Source: a virus (Duplodnaviria; Heunggongvirae; Uroviricota; Caudoviricetes). Taken from it: a DNA stretch of 64,000 bases. The notes beneath the pieces were generated by a model. That model ran no database searches and was not told the DNA's origin. It saw nothing but the letters and a program-made list of their open reading frames with translations. A program made the position numbers and the translations under genes. Positions 37,477-48,063 of the stretch are shown piece by piece; position 1 is the stretch's first letter, and every line of letters starts with the position of its first letter. The stretch lies in the IMG/VR virus record IMGVR_UViG_3300035659_000002. One strand, 5' to 3'.

Positions 37477-37675
37477 AGTTCAAGCATTTTTCATAGAATA
37501 CCGTATGTCGAAACTTAATCTCGATCTTGGCCGGGATCGCGGCCTTTATTTCTTGTTGAATCCTTATTGCGTGTTTTTTACAAATTTCTTTAGTGATTGC
37601 ATCGCAAATAGATTCATTCTTGCATTGCCCACAACCATAGCTATGTTTTATTCGTTTGAATTTGATTAATGTCAT
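37463..37675 (-). CDS. small Cys-containing protein
   Basis: CGQCKNESICDAITKEICKKH. Confidence 0.3.
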   Translation of the reverse strand: MTLIKFKRIKHSYGCGQCKNESICDAITKEICKKHAIRIQQEIKAAIPAKIEIKFRHTVFYEKCLNFAKK

Positions 37676-37835
37676 GGTTTTTCAACAGGGTCATGATAAT
37701 CTCGGTAGCTAATATCATTGCCACGAAAATTAGCAAGGGAATCGTGGTTGAAAAAACTCGTGGCCGTATTATCGTTACTATTAATAACATTATGACCAAT
37801 ATCCCTGAAATAATAAATTCGTAGTTTTTATTCAT
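37641..37835 (-). CDS. small membrane protein
   Basis: 64 aa, two hydrophobic helices. Confidence 0.3.
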   Translation of the reverse strand: MNKNYEFIISGILVIMLLIVTIIRPRVFSTTIPLLIFVAMILATEIIMTLLKNHDINQIQTNKT

Positions 37836-37836
37836 A

Positions 37837-38058
37837 TTAAATTAACCCTTTAATTTTCAATTGCTTTTCTTCCATTTCGGCTTTTTCATGACATTTCTTG
37901 CATAAAGGAATTAAATGCTCACCATTTATAGGTTTTCTCGTGTGATGCACGGTAAGTAAATCGTGATCTTGTGGTGGAAAAATCGTTTGGCAATTCGCAC
38001 AAGTCCAATGCCATTTCCGGCGAACATTATCCTTGATTTCTTTTTTCAAATGTGTCAT
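37837..38058 (-). CDS. small HNH endonuclease
   Basis: TVHHTRKPINGEHLIPLCKKCHEKAE with a CANC pair upstream. Confidence 0.5.
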   Translation of the reverse strand: MTHLKKEIKDNVRRKWHWTCANCQTIFPPQDHDLLTVHHTRKPINGEHLIPLCKKCHEKAEMEEKQLKIKGLI

Positions 38059-38780
38059 TTTTCTCTCCCTAGTTTAAATTGCTCGAAAAGATATTTACTG
38101 AAGGCCGGTGGAATGGCTTCCGTGAATGCATTATGTCCATCCCACGTCGTGATGTTAAGCGGGATATGAAATAACCCCATTTCAATTGGCCACCAATATT
38201 TCATTTGCTCATATCGCTCGTGGCCGCCATTCTTCGTCGTTGATACCAAGCGACCGACGACCGAGAATAACTGCCTCTTCTCTGAAGGTATATCCTTGGT
38301 TTTGATATGGATGGGTTGTATCACGGAAAATGAACACTCGAAAACACGATGTCGGTCGAGCCGCAGGCCGAACATGTATCCATCGAGGTCCACATCGGCA
38401 CGCATCATTTTGTATTTATAGGATGCGGGTGGTACATTCTCGATGATATAGGGAATACCGAGCTTCAAAGCTAGTTTCCTCGCCGCCGGAATGTAATTCG
38501 GGTGCTGCTTGGTTTTTCCTCGAATGTTCCGCATCGCGGTGGCAAATTGACACGGGCAGCTGAACCATAAAAGATCAAAATGTTTGTCGATAAGTTTCGT
38601 GCTATCCAATAGCACGATTTTTTCAATGTCCTCGAACCGACCTTGATGAAACTCACCTGGATAATAATCGCCACATTTCGGATCAATATCAACGCCGATG
38701 ACCATTGCTCCCGCTTGGATCATGCCCATGGCCGCGCCACCACGCCCGCAAAAAACGTCCAAGACCAATAATTGTTTCAT
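38055..38780 (-). CDS. C5-cytosine DNA methyltransferase (compact)
   Basis: Motif I LDVFCGRGG, motif IV FSCPCQFA (PCQ), motif VI IIENVP. Confidence 0.55.
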   Translation of the reverse strand: MKQLLVLDVFCGRGGAAMGMIQAGAMVIGVDIDPKCGDYYPGEFHQGRFEDIEKIVLLDSTKLIDKHFDLLWFSCPCQFATAMRNIRGKTKQHPNYIPAARKLALKLGIPYIIENVPPASYKYKMMRADVDLDGYMFGLRLDRHRVFECSFSVIQPIHIKTKDIPSEKRQLFSVVGRLVSTTKNGGHERYEQMKYWWPIEMGLFHIPLNITTWDGHNAFTEAIPPAFSKYLFEQFKLGREK

Positions 38781-40076
38781 TTATATCCGCGCCCTTTTTT
38801 CGTATTGTGTGATATATGATATATTCCCGTTCTCGTTAACCACGCGATAAACGATTATTCTCCTGAATTTTTCATCATATCGAGGGAATACAACCATTCG
38901 GTGCGTTGCCCCCGCCCGCATGGTTTTTGATTTCCATGTTATTTTCCCGAATGCTCCAGCAGAATTACGTTTATTAGTGGACCACACGAGAGAAGGATAA
39001 TCACTTGCCGGGGAATAGGTAATAGATTCTTCCATTTCACGAATATCCCGTGCCAATTCCGAATCATCACCATAAATCTCTTTAGATATTGCATCATCAC
39101 GAATCTCGTTCCGGTAAATTCTCGAATGAATATTTGAAAATTTCATGAACCAGAGCCAATTTTCATCCATTTTTTTATATTCATCTTGCATCAATGCCCA
39201 ATCATCATTATCAAATAACATGCGATAATCAGGATCTTGCAAAGCAAGGATAAAACATGCTTTTTCAAATACCCTATCCCTCACGATTAAACGGGAATGA
39301 TTCAAAATATCCTCTTTCCGCAATTTCACCAATTTCAATAAAAGTTTAACGAACCTATTTGAAACTTTATAAAACCGGACATTAATCTTGTCAAAATTGA
39401 TTACCTTGGCAAATTCGAGTATTTCTTTTTTATTCATGTATTTATAATATCTGCTATCAAAATTTAGATTAATAAATGAGGCGTGTTTAATCACGAATGC
39501 AATCACTTTTCGAGGAGAAATTCCATATTCGATGCATGAATCAACATATTGCGTAACCGAATAATGATTATAATCTTTCTGGCGATCAAGCATTGCACTA
39601 ATTGCTGGAAACATGATGTCATCAGCAAGATATTGATAATAGCGCTCGAAGAACCATAATTTATGGCTATCAGGCATCTGCAAAAATCGTTCCATCATTT
39701 CTCCTTCAATTTTCTTATTTGCAGCTTTATCAACCGTGGATAATTCTAAAAGAATCTCGACAGCAATACGTGAATCCAAAACCCTCGGATCATATCCCGA
39801 TTCTGCCCAACCTTGAATATTTGACGCGTGAGCAACAAATTCAGTATCCGGATCTATTTTTATTTTCTTGCGTGCATTTATTTGTAATTTCTTGATTGCC
39901 TCATCCATGGTGAAAAGTCCTTGGTCATTATTGTCAATAATTTGAAGGATTGCATGATGGCATTGCTGAATCCATTTCCCATCAACAAGCACGCCTACTC
40001 GATTCTTTTGGTCCATTCCCACGGATAAATGCTCGTTGATAACGTGTTCCCTAATAATCTCGTGTGTATTTACCAT
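38781..40076 (-). CDS. hypothetical protein (431 aa)
   Basis: Long ORF abutting the C5 methyltransferase start. Confidence 0.45.
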   Translation of the reverse strand: MVNTHEIIREHVINEHLSVGMDQKNRVGVLVDGKWIQQCHHAILQIIDNNDQGLFTMDEAIKKLQINARKKIKIDPDTEFVAHASNIQGWAESGYDPRVLDSRIAVEILLELSTVDKAANKKIEGEMMERFLQMPDSHKLWFFERYYQYLADDIMFPAISAMLDRQKDYNHYSVTQYVDSCIEYGISPRKVIAFVIKHASFINLNFDSRYYKYMNKKEILEFAKVINFDKINVRFYKVSNRFVKLLLKLVKLRKEDILNHSRLIVRDRVFEKACFILALQDPDYRMLFDNDDWALMQDEYKKMDENWLWFMKFSNIHSRIYRNEIRDDAISKEIYGDDSELARDIREMEESITYSPASDYPSLVWSTNKRNSAGAFGKITWKSKTMRAGATHRMVVFPRYDEKFRRIIVYRVVNENGNISYITQYEKRARI

Positions 40077-40242
40077 GTGTTTAACCGTTTATTGTTTTTC
40101 CAATTCAGATCCCATAATTTCATTTGCATATCTCGACTAAACATGGCGAGCGTATGACCGATGCAATCAGTTAATACCGGGCATTTGTCAGGATAACAAT
40201 GTGCATATTTACTTCGCCATCGACCATAACATTCAGGTTTTT

Positions 40243-40635
40243 TCATTTCATCAATCTCGTTTGTTTTATTTTATCCAATGCATCGAAATTCCACAATCCA
40301 AGACTCCCCTTCGCATGAATCGGGGCCGACAATTTGATGAGATAATGCAATATCCATCCATACCGTCCGGCAGTAAAATCACCATATTCATCGGGCTTGG
40401 CTAATGGGCTTGGAAATTGCACGCAATTCATCAATGTAACGATGCAAAGAATCTTGCCACGTTCTATCGTTTTCGGATCATAACCGAATTGCTTGCACGC
40501 CTCTTTATCAACCTTCATGCTCGCGTGGATGGCGAGTTCTCCACGGTACTTCGTTGACCATGACCTGGTTTCGATAGTTTTTCGGCCATCATGGATCAAG
40601 GAGGCCCAGGGCTGTATCAATGACAATGCTTTCAT
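40243..40635 (-). CDS. ASCH-domain protein
   Basis: MKALSLIQPWASLIHDGRKTIETRSW matches the ASCH core; AGGTGAG precedes the start. The longer ORF extension overlaps the neighbour and is likely spurious. Confidence 0.55.
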   Translation of the reverse strand: MKALSLIQPWASLIHDGRKTIETRSWSTKYRGELAIHASMKVDKEACKQFGYDPKTIERGKILCIVTLMNCVQFPSPLAKPDEYGDFTAGRYGWILHYLIKLSAPIHAKGSLGLWNFDALDKIKQTRLMK

Positions 40636-40661
40636 TTTCTCACCTTTTTGAGTCTTAAAAA

Positions 40662-40952
40662 TTACATGCCACGTATGTCCTTCAAGACATTCAACATCTC
40701 TTCTCGTGAATCGAACTTCACTAAAATTCCTTCCACAATTCCTTCTTCCGTTCGTGGAAGCGTGATCGAGATGGAATATCCATCCGAGCAATGACATCCA
40801 GATAACCCACAACCTTTGCCTACTCCACAAAAAATCCCGCCTTTCGTGAGAACTTCACCTTGCTCCTCCCGTTGAATTGCACGGTATTTGAATCGTTTTG
40901 TTAGTATCCCGTCCGGTTCGACATTCTCATAACGATATTTTTCAAATTTCAT
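40662..40952 (-). CDS. hypothetical protein with Cys cluster
   Basis: 96 aa; CGVGKGCGLSGCHC. Confidence 0.4.
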   Translation of the reverse strand: MKFEKYRYENVEPDGILTKRFKYRAIQREEQGEVLTKGGIFCGVGKGCGLSGCHCSDGYSISITLPRTEEGIVEGILVKFDSREEMLNVLKDIRGM

Positions 40953-41153
40953 GTTGTTTTTTCCCTCTACTATATTGGTATAGTTTCAATCTTATTTTTT
41001 CACCTGTTTGAGTCCGGTGATGATATCATTTGCCATTTTCATTGCTTGTCTTTTGTTGATTTGCCTATCCCTATATTTCATCATTACATCAAGCATATCA
41101 TAAAATGGAGAATATGATGACTTCACTTGTTTTTTTCTAAAACACGTTTTTAT

Positions 41154-41516
41154 TCACCGTTTAGACTTCAAGGATTTTCTCAATATTATCAAAGCATCAT
41201 GGGGATTCAACGGAAGGTCATCTATTGCCTTGAATATGCTTTCCGTGAGATATTTATATCTACGGTATGCTTTTTTTGCATTATCTCTGATTCTTCGGTT
41301 CTTTTCTCGTAAATAATGATTCTCCCTTGCTACTCCTATATTAACATCTTCACTTTCCCTTGAAATGATAATATATTTATCAAGTAGCCAATCAGCAAGA
41401 TTTTCATACGATCTTTTGATTTCATGGCCCAAAAAATCCCATTCCAATTCTCGTTGGTCATTATCTCCGACTTCATGCACATAAATCTCTTTAGCGAGTT
41501 CATCCGTTTCTATCAT
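41154..41516 (-). CDS. hypothetical protein
   Basis: 120-aa ORF. Confidence 0.35.
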   Translation of the reverse strand: MIETDELAKEIYVHEVGDNDQRELEWDFLGHEIKRSYENLADWLLDKYIIISRESEDVNIGVARENHYLREKNRRIRDNAKKAYRRYKYLTESIFKAIDDLPLNPHDALIILRKSLKSKR

Positions 41517-41974
41517 TGATTTTCATCCTTTTTTGAGATATTAAGACATGCTCTTTCATATTCCTTTGAACCATGAATGTCCATTTTAAGGCTGTTCTTC
41601 TCGCAAAAATCCACGAGCGCGTGTATCAAAGGATACCACATGCTAAAAAATGAATAATAGAACTTGTAGGTATCAAAGCCCATGCTATCAATCCGTCCCT
41701 TGAACACGCGAGTAACGAACTCGTCTTTTGTACAATCATCATGAATCTCGGCAAGATTATCCTTTTCATAGATCAATCGTATCAATTGCTCACGGATCAC
41801 ATCGGACATGGTATCGTTGTTTTCTTCAGTCGTTGTTTTTTCACCTTTTGATAGATCACGAGTTTCACGGGGCCATTCATTCCTTGGCCTTGCTCCGTAT
41901 AACGTTCCTCGAAAGCATCGTTTTCTTCGGCAAGATAGGCAATAATACAATTTGCTGCTTCTTGCGCTCGCCAA
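41513..41974 (-). CDS. hypothetical protein
   Basis: 153-aa ORF with a 4-nt overlap with the downstream gene. Confidence 0.4.
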   Translation of the reverse strand: MASARSSKLYYCLSCRRKRCFRGTLYGARPRNEWPRETRDLSKGEKTTTEENNDTMSDVIREQLIRLIYEKDNLAEIHDDCTKDEFVTRVFKGRIDSMGFDTYKFYYSFFSMWYPLIHALVDFCEKNSLKMDIHGSKEYERACLNISKKDENQ

Positions 41975-42005
41975 AAACTCGGATACACGTGAGCATGAAC
42001 CTTTT

Positions 42006-42272
42006 TCATAGATTCACCTTTTTGATCACGCTCTTAAACATGGTCCATTCTTGATCGGTTAAATCTTCCAAGTTTGTTGATCGCATTGCTTTATCGAGTA
42101 AATCATATTCATTCTTATCCAAATTATATGGATTAGGTGATGTGTCTAAATACGACGATAATATTTCAATCAAATTTGACACGTATCGCTTGATTATTTT
42201 TAATCGAGTTAATTCGATGCTCATTTGAACGACCTGATTATACCATCCCATCCGAATCGAAATAATGTCCAA
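42006..42272 (-). CDS. hypothetical protein
   Basis: 88 aa. Confidence 0.35.
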   Translation of the reverse strand: MDIISIRMGWYNQVVQMSIELTRLKIIKRYVSNLIEILSSYLDTSPNPYNLDKNEYDLLDKAMRSTNLEDLTDQEWTMFKSVIKKVNL

Positions 42273-42395
42273 TTGTTGTTACCGCATTTCGGGCATTTTG
42301 TGATTGAATCCATAAGCTTATCCCGAATATAACCGATGTGGATGAATCCACAATTGACGCATTTGTATTCTGGCGGGTGTCCTGGCATTATTATT

Positions 42396-42722
42396 TCACT
42401 TGTTAAAAAATTCTATCAATTTTCGTTGCTTGTGAGAAACGTCAATATCCAAATCATTAACGGAAATGTAGTAAAATCCCGGTTTGTAATCGGCATATCC
42501 AACGTATTCATATTGATAATAAATTTTCACGTTATCAGGAACGGTACGGTATTCATCATAGAACCCGTTGGTATCGACCCGGTTATCCATGTTTTGCTGC
42601 ATGTGTTCACGAATAATTTGCTCGGGCTTGAACTCGACATAATCCCCCCGTCTGCCATGCACGACACGGATATAATCAGTCGCTATTTCCGTTTTCCTTT
42701 TTGTTGCTATCATTCCAATCAT
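42396..42722 (-). CDS. hypothetical protein
   Basis: 108 aa. Confidence 0.35.
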   Translation of the reverse strand: MIGMIATKRKTEIATDYIRVVHGRRGDYVEFKPEQIIREHMQQNMDNRVDTNGFYDEYRTVPDNVKIYYQYEYVGYADYKPGFYYISVNDLDIDVSHKQRKLIEFFNK

Positions 42723-42894
42723 TGACCTTCTTAATTTTAAGGAGTTTTTTGATATTCTTTCTTACCATTTTCTGTATCTCCGAATTTGGTAGTGATTGTG
42801 TAACGATCTTCTTTAAATCTTCAAGTGCTTTTTTGATATTATATAGATCATTAATATCCTTCAATCCAATTGCTTTTTTTGTCATTTCATCCAT
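42676..42894 (-). CDS. hypothetical small protein
   Basis: 72 aa. Confidence 0.3.
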   Translation of the reverse strand: MDEMTKKAIGLKDINDLYNIKKALEDLKKIVTQSLPNSEIQKMVRKNIKKLLKIKKVNDWNDSNKKENGNSD

Positions 42895-43703
42895 GTCTCC
42901 AGGGTCTTATATTTCGGTTCCGGTGGAACAGGTCGTTTTCGCCACGGGTGGGATTGGCCGTGGCACTTGGTACAAAGGGCAATGAAATTATTTTCATCGA
43001 AAATGGACATAATATTAGTTTTATTGGCATAACAAACCGGGACTTTATGGTGAACATTGATAATTGGATATCGTGAATATACCATGTCAACGGATGCAAG
43101 AACTCCACATTTTTCACAAATGACCACGCGGGAGCTACCATTATGAAAATATGGTTCAGATCCATACGCCTTGCCTTCATCATGTAATATTATTCGTTTT
43201 TCTGCGATCAAATCGGCAAATCGTTCTTGTATCAACGGTATCTGTTTTTCTGCCAGCTTGATGATATATAGCCATCTTGATCGTGCAAAATTGAGGAATG
43301 TTTCATTTTTCCATTTCTCATGTTCGTCGTCTTGTCTTTTACACCAACGTTGCGCAGCACAATGCTTTCCTTTTTTGGTGAGTAATTCGGCCCCGCAAGC
43401 CCGACAAACGTGATAACCGTCCTTGTCAAACACGTCAAACCAATCGACAGGAACTATTCGTTTATTGGCAATGGTCGTGGCATCCTGGTCTAATCCGTCT
43501 TGATGTGCCGGGCAATATCTATTCCAGGTACGTAATGGAGCGATAAACATGCTCTCCTTTTCGGTTTTATCGAGCCATTCATTATATTCTTCACGTTCCT
43601 GTTTCGACATGTTACCGCGATAACCTTGGTTATGTTCAACATAACGTTTCTCGAATAGGCACGTCGGACAGATTTTATAGACTTGCGGGGTTATGTTTTC
43701 CAT
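42882..43703 (-). CDS. HNH endonuclease with N-terminal zinc ribbons
   Basis: C-terminal HHKVPVCYANKTN...NFIALCTKCH (HNH motif); N-terminal CPTC / CPAH / CRACG. Confidence 0.55.
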   Translation of the reverse strand: MENITPQVYKICPTCLFEKRYVEHNQGYRGNMSKQEREEYNEWLDKTEKESMFIAPLRTWNRYCPAHQDGLDQDATTIANKRIVPVDWFDVFDKDGYHVCRACGAELLTKKGKHCAAQRWCKRQDDEHEKWKNETFLNFARSRWLYIIKLAEKQIPLIQERFADLIAEKRIILHDEGKAYGSEPYFHNGSSRVVICEKCGVLASVDMVYSRYPIINVHHKVPVCYANKTNIMSIFDENNFIALCTKCHGQSHPWRKRPVPPEPKYKTLETWMK

Positions 43704-43962
43704 TATCTTGCATCGGTAATTGTTTTTCTACTATCGAACCTTTTTCCACGATTACTTGGCTGTCTATATATTTCAACACTTCAACCATTTTTCCGGTTGC
43801 TATTAACGATTCTTGATGCTTGATCTTTGTTCCTGGTGGATAATTCAATTTCATGAAAAAATCCATGATGTCTATTGCATCATGCTGAAAATCTATCTTC
43901 GATTTCTTTTGGTCAATATTAAAGAAACTCATGAGATTGTTGAATTCTTCAAGATCCATCAT
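43675..43962 (-). CDS. hypothetical protein
   Basis: 95 aa. Confidence 0.3.
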   Translation of the reverse strand: MMDLEEFNNLMSFFNIDQKKSKIDFQHDAIDIMDFFMKLNYPPGTKIKHQESLIATGKMVEVLKYIDSQVIVEKGSIVEKQLPMQDNGKHNPASL

Positions 43963-43965
43963 TTT

Positions 43966-44280
43966 TCACTTTCCTTTAATTTTCAATTGTTCTTGTGCGA
44001 AATGATATAATTTTACTCCATGATTGAAGAACTTAAGAATTAGATCCGCTGTTTCTTTACTTTTTACAGGAATTTTCAAGTCATCTGATTGCTCGCCTTC
44101 ATTGATATAACGATCTAATTCTTTTTCATATTCTTGCAATGCTATGAGCATTTCATCAGCAAGATGCTTGAAATGGTTATCCATTTTGTATCCTTCGATT
44201 AATTCACGCATTAAATCTTCGATCAAGCTAATGTTGGAATCACCGTTGTTTTTTATTGAATATCCATGAATGATAAACAA
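43966..44280 (-). CDS. hypothetical protein
   Basis: 104 aa. Confidence 0.3.
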   Translation of the reverse strand: MFIIHGYSIKNNGDSNISLIEDLMRELIEGYKMDNHFKHLADEMLIALQEYEKELDRYINEGEQSDDLKIPVKSKETADLILKFFNHGVKLYHFAQEQLKIKGK

Positions 44281-45274
44281 ATTTACCTTGTGTTGCGAAC
44301 AAGAAATAGTCCGTTCGATAATCCCGATTTAGAACATATTTTTCATCCAGGCATTCATGATACAAATCAATGGTTACGGGTTTCACCGTTCCCGTTGCCC
44401 CGTGAAAGTTTCCACCCGGTATCTCATGAAGATAAATCCATTCGGGATTCATTGTTTTAACAATATCGAGATAATTGCGAACCACGACCGGTTCCATCTC
44501 TTGAAAGCTCGCTGCATTCCAGAAAATGTTGATTTTTACATTTCTCCATTCGGGCAATTTCCAATTTGGTGAAATAATGATTTTCCCTTGACATGATGAC
44601 AAGTTATTTAGTTTGATCGCCTCGTTATATTCGACTACGCGGCCTGGAAAAACGTGGGATAAATATTGATTTATAGCATAAAGGGTTGGTGGAATGTCAA
44701 AAATCAAAAATGTCATCCGGGGAAAAATCTTGGCAATCACCTCAACCTGCCTTCCGCAGCCAGCTCCTAGCTCGACAAATACACTCGAATCCTCAAATTT
44801 GATACATGAATAAGCATCAATAAAGATTTTACAATAATTTAGATGCCAGGTCGAAAAATATTTATCATCGAATTTGGCTCGTGCATTTCTACATCCCACG
44901 AGAGACATTCCCGGTAGTTTCAATCCCGCCGCTTCAAATTTATCCTTGGTCACGGAATAAAAATATTCCAAGGGAGAAAGACTTATTTCAAACCATTTTT
45001 TTATGAATGGAATGATCCATGGCATGAATCGCCGCGCTCCGAGAATGCTTGTTTTCATTGCTAGAAAATCGAGCAATTCACGATCATTTGCTCCAATTTT
45101 GTCCAACATGGACGGGCTTCTATCCCTGAACCCATTCAATCCTTTTATCCTCAATTCTTGAATTATCTTGGGAATAAATAATGCCCAATATCGAGTGGGT
45201 TGATAAAGCATTTCTGCTTTGTGTTGATCGATCAACATTTCATTCAACAATTCCAAATTATCCAAGTTTTTCAT
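44240..45274 (-). CDS. class-I SAM-dependent methyltransferase-like protein
   Basis: VELGAGCGRQVEVIA glycine-rich motif I in a Rossmann context. Confidence 0.4.
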   Translation of the reverse strand: MKNLDNLELLNEMLIDQHKAEMLYQPTRYWALFIPKIIQELRIKGLNGFRDRSPSMLDKIGANDRELLDFLAMKTSILGARRFMPWIIPFIKKWFEISLSPLEYFYSVTKDKFEAAGLKLPGMSLVGCRNARAKFDDKYFSTWHLNYCKIFIDAYSCIKFEDSSVFVELGAGCGRQVEVIAKIFPRMTFLIFDIPPTLYAINQYLSHVFPGRVVEYNEAIKLNNLSSCQGKIIISPNWKLPEWRNVKINIFWNAASFQEMEPVVVRNYLDIVKTMNPEWIYLHEIPGGNFHGATGTVKPVTIDLYHECLDEKYVLNRDYRTDYFLFATQGKFVYHSWIFNKKQR

Positions 45275-45468
45275 ATTTGTGTTATCTCCTTTGTCTTATT
45301 TTCAATACCGTATCCAAAATAAACCCGAATATTATAAATCATCAATATGGTTAAAACTACAAGTAAAGAAACAGAAAGTATTAGATTTCCTGAAGATGTC
45401 ACGAACCATAATGATATGATCCATAAAAAAATAAAAATCCCGATAAATCCGTAATCATCAATTTTCAT
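45271..45468 (-). CDS. small membrane protein
   Basis: 65 aa, two TM helices. Confidence 0.3.
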   Translation of the reverse strand: MKIDDYGFIGIFIFLWIISLWFVTSSGNLILSVSLLVVLTILMIYNIRVYFGYGIENKTKEITQI

Positions 45469-45482
45469 TCAATTCACTTCAA

Positions 45483-46610
45483 TTAAAATAATGTCGTTTG
45501 TCGTTTTTCCGGTTTCTTTTGTGGCATGGGCTTAATTGCCTTTGGTGGATTCTCTTTTGATTCTTGCTTTGCTGAAAGGTCATCCGCTTCTTGCAAGGCT
45601 TTTTTTAATTTCTCCACGACTACCGGTTGAGCCGTGATTTTCCCCTTGGCCTTGAATGTTTTTCCCTTGAAATTAACGTTCTTGGTGATTTTTTTGGATT
45701 TTCGTGGGCATTTGTTTTCTAAACGTGTTCCATTGCAGCTTGAATGAGTATGCTTGCATAAATTCACGTCACCCCAAGGTTCTATATCCTTGCAAGGCGA
45801 GATTGATTTAAAATTACATCCCTTGGTTCTGCATGTTAATATCTCGACACCATTATCAAATTCAGATTTCCACGAGTTCATTCCACACTTGAGACATTTT
45901 TGAGTTTTTTCATCGCCCGCTTTCCCACCAGGGTTGGGGACCATATCCCGCGCTGCTGGCTGTGATTCGGAATGCTGATCAGTTCCCCCTCGAATCGTGG
46001 GGGCATTAGGGGTGGGCTTTTCATCCTCGGAAAAACATGCCTTCTTAATCTCATCCGTGTGATCCCGGTCATCGGAATAATACGGTAATGCCATGCGGAT
46101 CATTTTTTTCTTGCATCCTGATTGTGCAAAAAAAGGTTTGCGACTATTTGCGAAATACACGCATTCAAAGCAATTCTTGGGAGTCTTGCTAGACCATTCA
46201 CCATCAAAACTTTTGGGAGGTTCTATTTTATCAAATTCAAAAACAATTGACGTGGCATTGATTGCCGTCTTGTTAACGCCAGGCCCAGGCATCCAATTCA
46301 TTAATTCGGGTTCTAGTGGTTTTTCTAAAGAAATGGAAGGATCAGGTTTCATGATAAAAATGGCTGCTTTACATTTCTCGCATTGAAACAACCCGCTACC
46401 ATCAGGATGTGGAATGAGCAATCCCCCACAATCACATTTATTTTTTCCTTTTTTGGTTTCTTTCCTTGCCGGAAAATCCTTGTATTGATCAATTGCTCCA
46501 CATTTCAAGCATTTCCACGATCCTGATTTTTCATCGGTTTTATCAATCAGTTCGTGATCCGTGTAATTTTTACAGGTTGGGCAGAATTTTGGATCGGTTA
46601 CCATGATCAA
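45483..46610 (-). CDS. Cys-rich multi zinc-ribbon protein
   Basis: 375 aa; CPTC...CLKCG, CDCGG, CEKCK, CLKCG, CRTKGC and others. Confidence 0.4.
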   Translation of the reverse strand: MIMVTDPKFCPTCKNYTDHELIDKTDEKSGSWKCLKCGAIDQYKDFPARKETKKGKNKCDCGGLLIPHPDGSGLFQCEKCKAAIFIMKPDPSISLEKPLEPELMNWMPGPGVNKTAINATSIVFEFDKIEPPKSFDGEWSSKTPKNCFECVYFANSRKPFFAQSGCKKKMIRMALPYYSDDRDHTDEIKKACFSEDEKPTPNAPTIRGGTDQHSESQPAARDMVPNPGGKAGDEKTQKCLKCGMNSWKSEFDNGVEILTCRTKGCNFKSISPCKDIEPWGDVNLCKHTHSSCNGTRLENKCPRKSKKITKNVNFKGKTFKAKGKITAQPVVVEKLKKALQEADDLSAKQESKENPPKAIKPMPQKKPEKRQTTLF

Positions 46611-46843
46611 ACCTTGGTCCTGTCGAAGAGTTTTGAATTTACCAATGATTTTTCAGTTTTCCCGATTAATGGCAACATGTATTTCAAGTGTGTTTTAATT
46701 TCGTTCACGTAGTTCATTTCAAAGCGTTTCGATTTTGGACCTATATCTTGCGTCAAAATTGCTTTAAGCATTAAATCTAATCTTTTTTCGAGATGTTTTA
46801 ACAAGTCATCAAGAAATACAGGGCTTCGTGTATCGAGCATCAT
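46607..46843 (-). CDS. hypothetical small protein
   Basis: 78 aa. Confidence 0.3.
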   Translation of the reverse strand: MMLDTRSPVFLDDLLKHLEKRLDLMLKAILTQDIGPKSKRFEMNYVNEIKTHLKYMLPLIGKTEKSLVNSKLFDRTKV

Positions 46844-46852
46844 GATTTTTTT

Positions 46853-47104
46853 TCACATGTACTCCGAATTTGTTATATCAACGATCAATTTACATTTCTT
46901 GCAGATCATGTATATACTATTCATTACACCATCAGATCGTGACGATATCAACCAATCATGGTGAGGGTGATTTCTTTCAACCACTTCTGCCGCAAATATC
47001 TCCTTTTCATCCATCAGAAACGAGATTCTCTTGGCCTTGTAGGTTCTTCCATCAACGCATTTTACTTCTTCGAGATTCTCATTCATTTTTCCGTATCCGT
47101 CCAT
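46853..47104 (-). CDS. small zinc-ribbon protein
   Basis: 83 aa; CVDG...CKKCKL. Confidence 0.3.
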   Translation of the reverse strand: MDGYGKMNENLEEVKCVDGRTYKAKRISFLMDEKEIFAAEVVERNHPHHDWLISSRSDGVMNSIYMICKKCKLIVDITNSEYM

Positions 47105-47229
47105 TTTTCAATCACGACTCCCATGTTACTTTGACTTGCATGATAGCACGACGCAATTTAGAGGGTTTGTTATCAAGATCAATAAATTCTTGAAAACAAG
47201 TATGGGCCGTGTCAATGGTGAATAGTTTT

Positions 47230-47508
47230 TTACAAAATGGACATGAAATTTGGGTTTTCATGATAATCAAATTCCTCGATTAAGTGATATATAATATCGT
47301 GCGCTCGTACCCGGCGGTCATCAGGATGCTCGTGCCGCCATTTCCGATAACAATAATATACACTGCCTATCATGATGCCGGTCATTCGGCTAACAACCTT
47401 GGGCTTTGGCAAAGCCACGTCCATTCGTTCCGGGAGTAAAAATGTATCCAGATAGGCAAAGATTTTCTGTTTTTTCTGATACCATTCTGTTTTAGTTTCC
47501 GATACCAT
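47230..47508 (-). CDS. hypothetical protein
   Basis: 92 aa. Confidence 0.3.
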   Translation of the reverse strand: MVSETKTEWYQKKQKIFAYLDTFLLPERMDVALPKPKVVSRMTGIMIGSVYYCYRKWRHEHPDDRRVRAHDIIYHLIEEFDYHENPNFMSIL

Positions 47509-47652
47509 TAGGGAAAGCCTCCTTTATCGTGAATTTTTTGTGGCAATCTTCATTATAGCAAAGCATGTGGCAAATATCAGGATCAACGTTACTAGGAACG
47601 TAACGAAGCTCGGCAACGCCACAATATGGGCATTTTACCGTCCTGACCGGCA

Positions 47653-48063
47653 TTACATGTACCCCTTGGTTTTTGACGGTGGTTTTTTAACTTTTTTAAC
47701 ATTTCGAGCTGCTATCTCCCCACCTAATTTGTCCAAGGCAATGAAAACTTCTCGGGGATAACTGCTGAATATTATTTTCAAACAACGACAGATTTTGATA
47801 AACTTGTCCTCATCATGGGCATAATTTAAATAAATATCATCAACAAAAATCATGAACGCGGAGATGAGCTGGGCATCATCTGGAATATCATTAACGCTCT
47901 TCATTAATTCATCTTCTCGTTCGACGGCGGGTTTTTCAGGAAGGAAAATTTGATCGAAAATCTCCTTGGCTTGGCCCATCTTGGTCATCATGCGTTGATG
48001 TCGGTCCAATCGCCATTCTCGGTTTTGAGCCATGACATTATACCTTCCCGGTGATTTTGACAA
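47653..48063 (-). CDS. hypothetical protein, paralog of 48038..48442
   Basis: Shared REWRLDRHQRMMTKMGQAKE versus RDDLLDRHKRCMTMITNAKE. Confidence 0.4.
   Translation of the reverse strand: MSKSPGRYNVMAQNREWRLDRHQRMMTKMGQAKEIFDQIFLPEKPAVEREDELMKSVNDIPDDAQLISAFMIFVDDIYLNYAHDEDKFIKICRCLKIIFSSYPREVFIALDKLGGEIAARNVKKVKKPPSKTKGYM

Noticed and set aside
40243-40830. Full 195-aa ORF for the ASCH gene
   Set aside because: The N-terminal 65 codons overlap the clearly protein-like 40662..40952 ORF. The ASCH domain starts at internal Met 40635, which has a GGTGA site.
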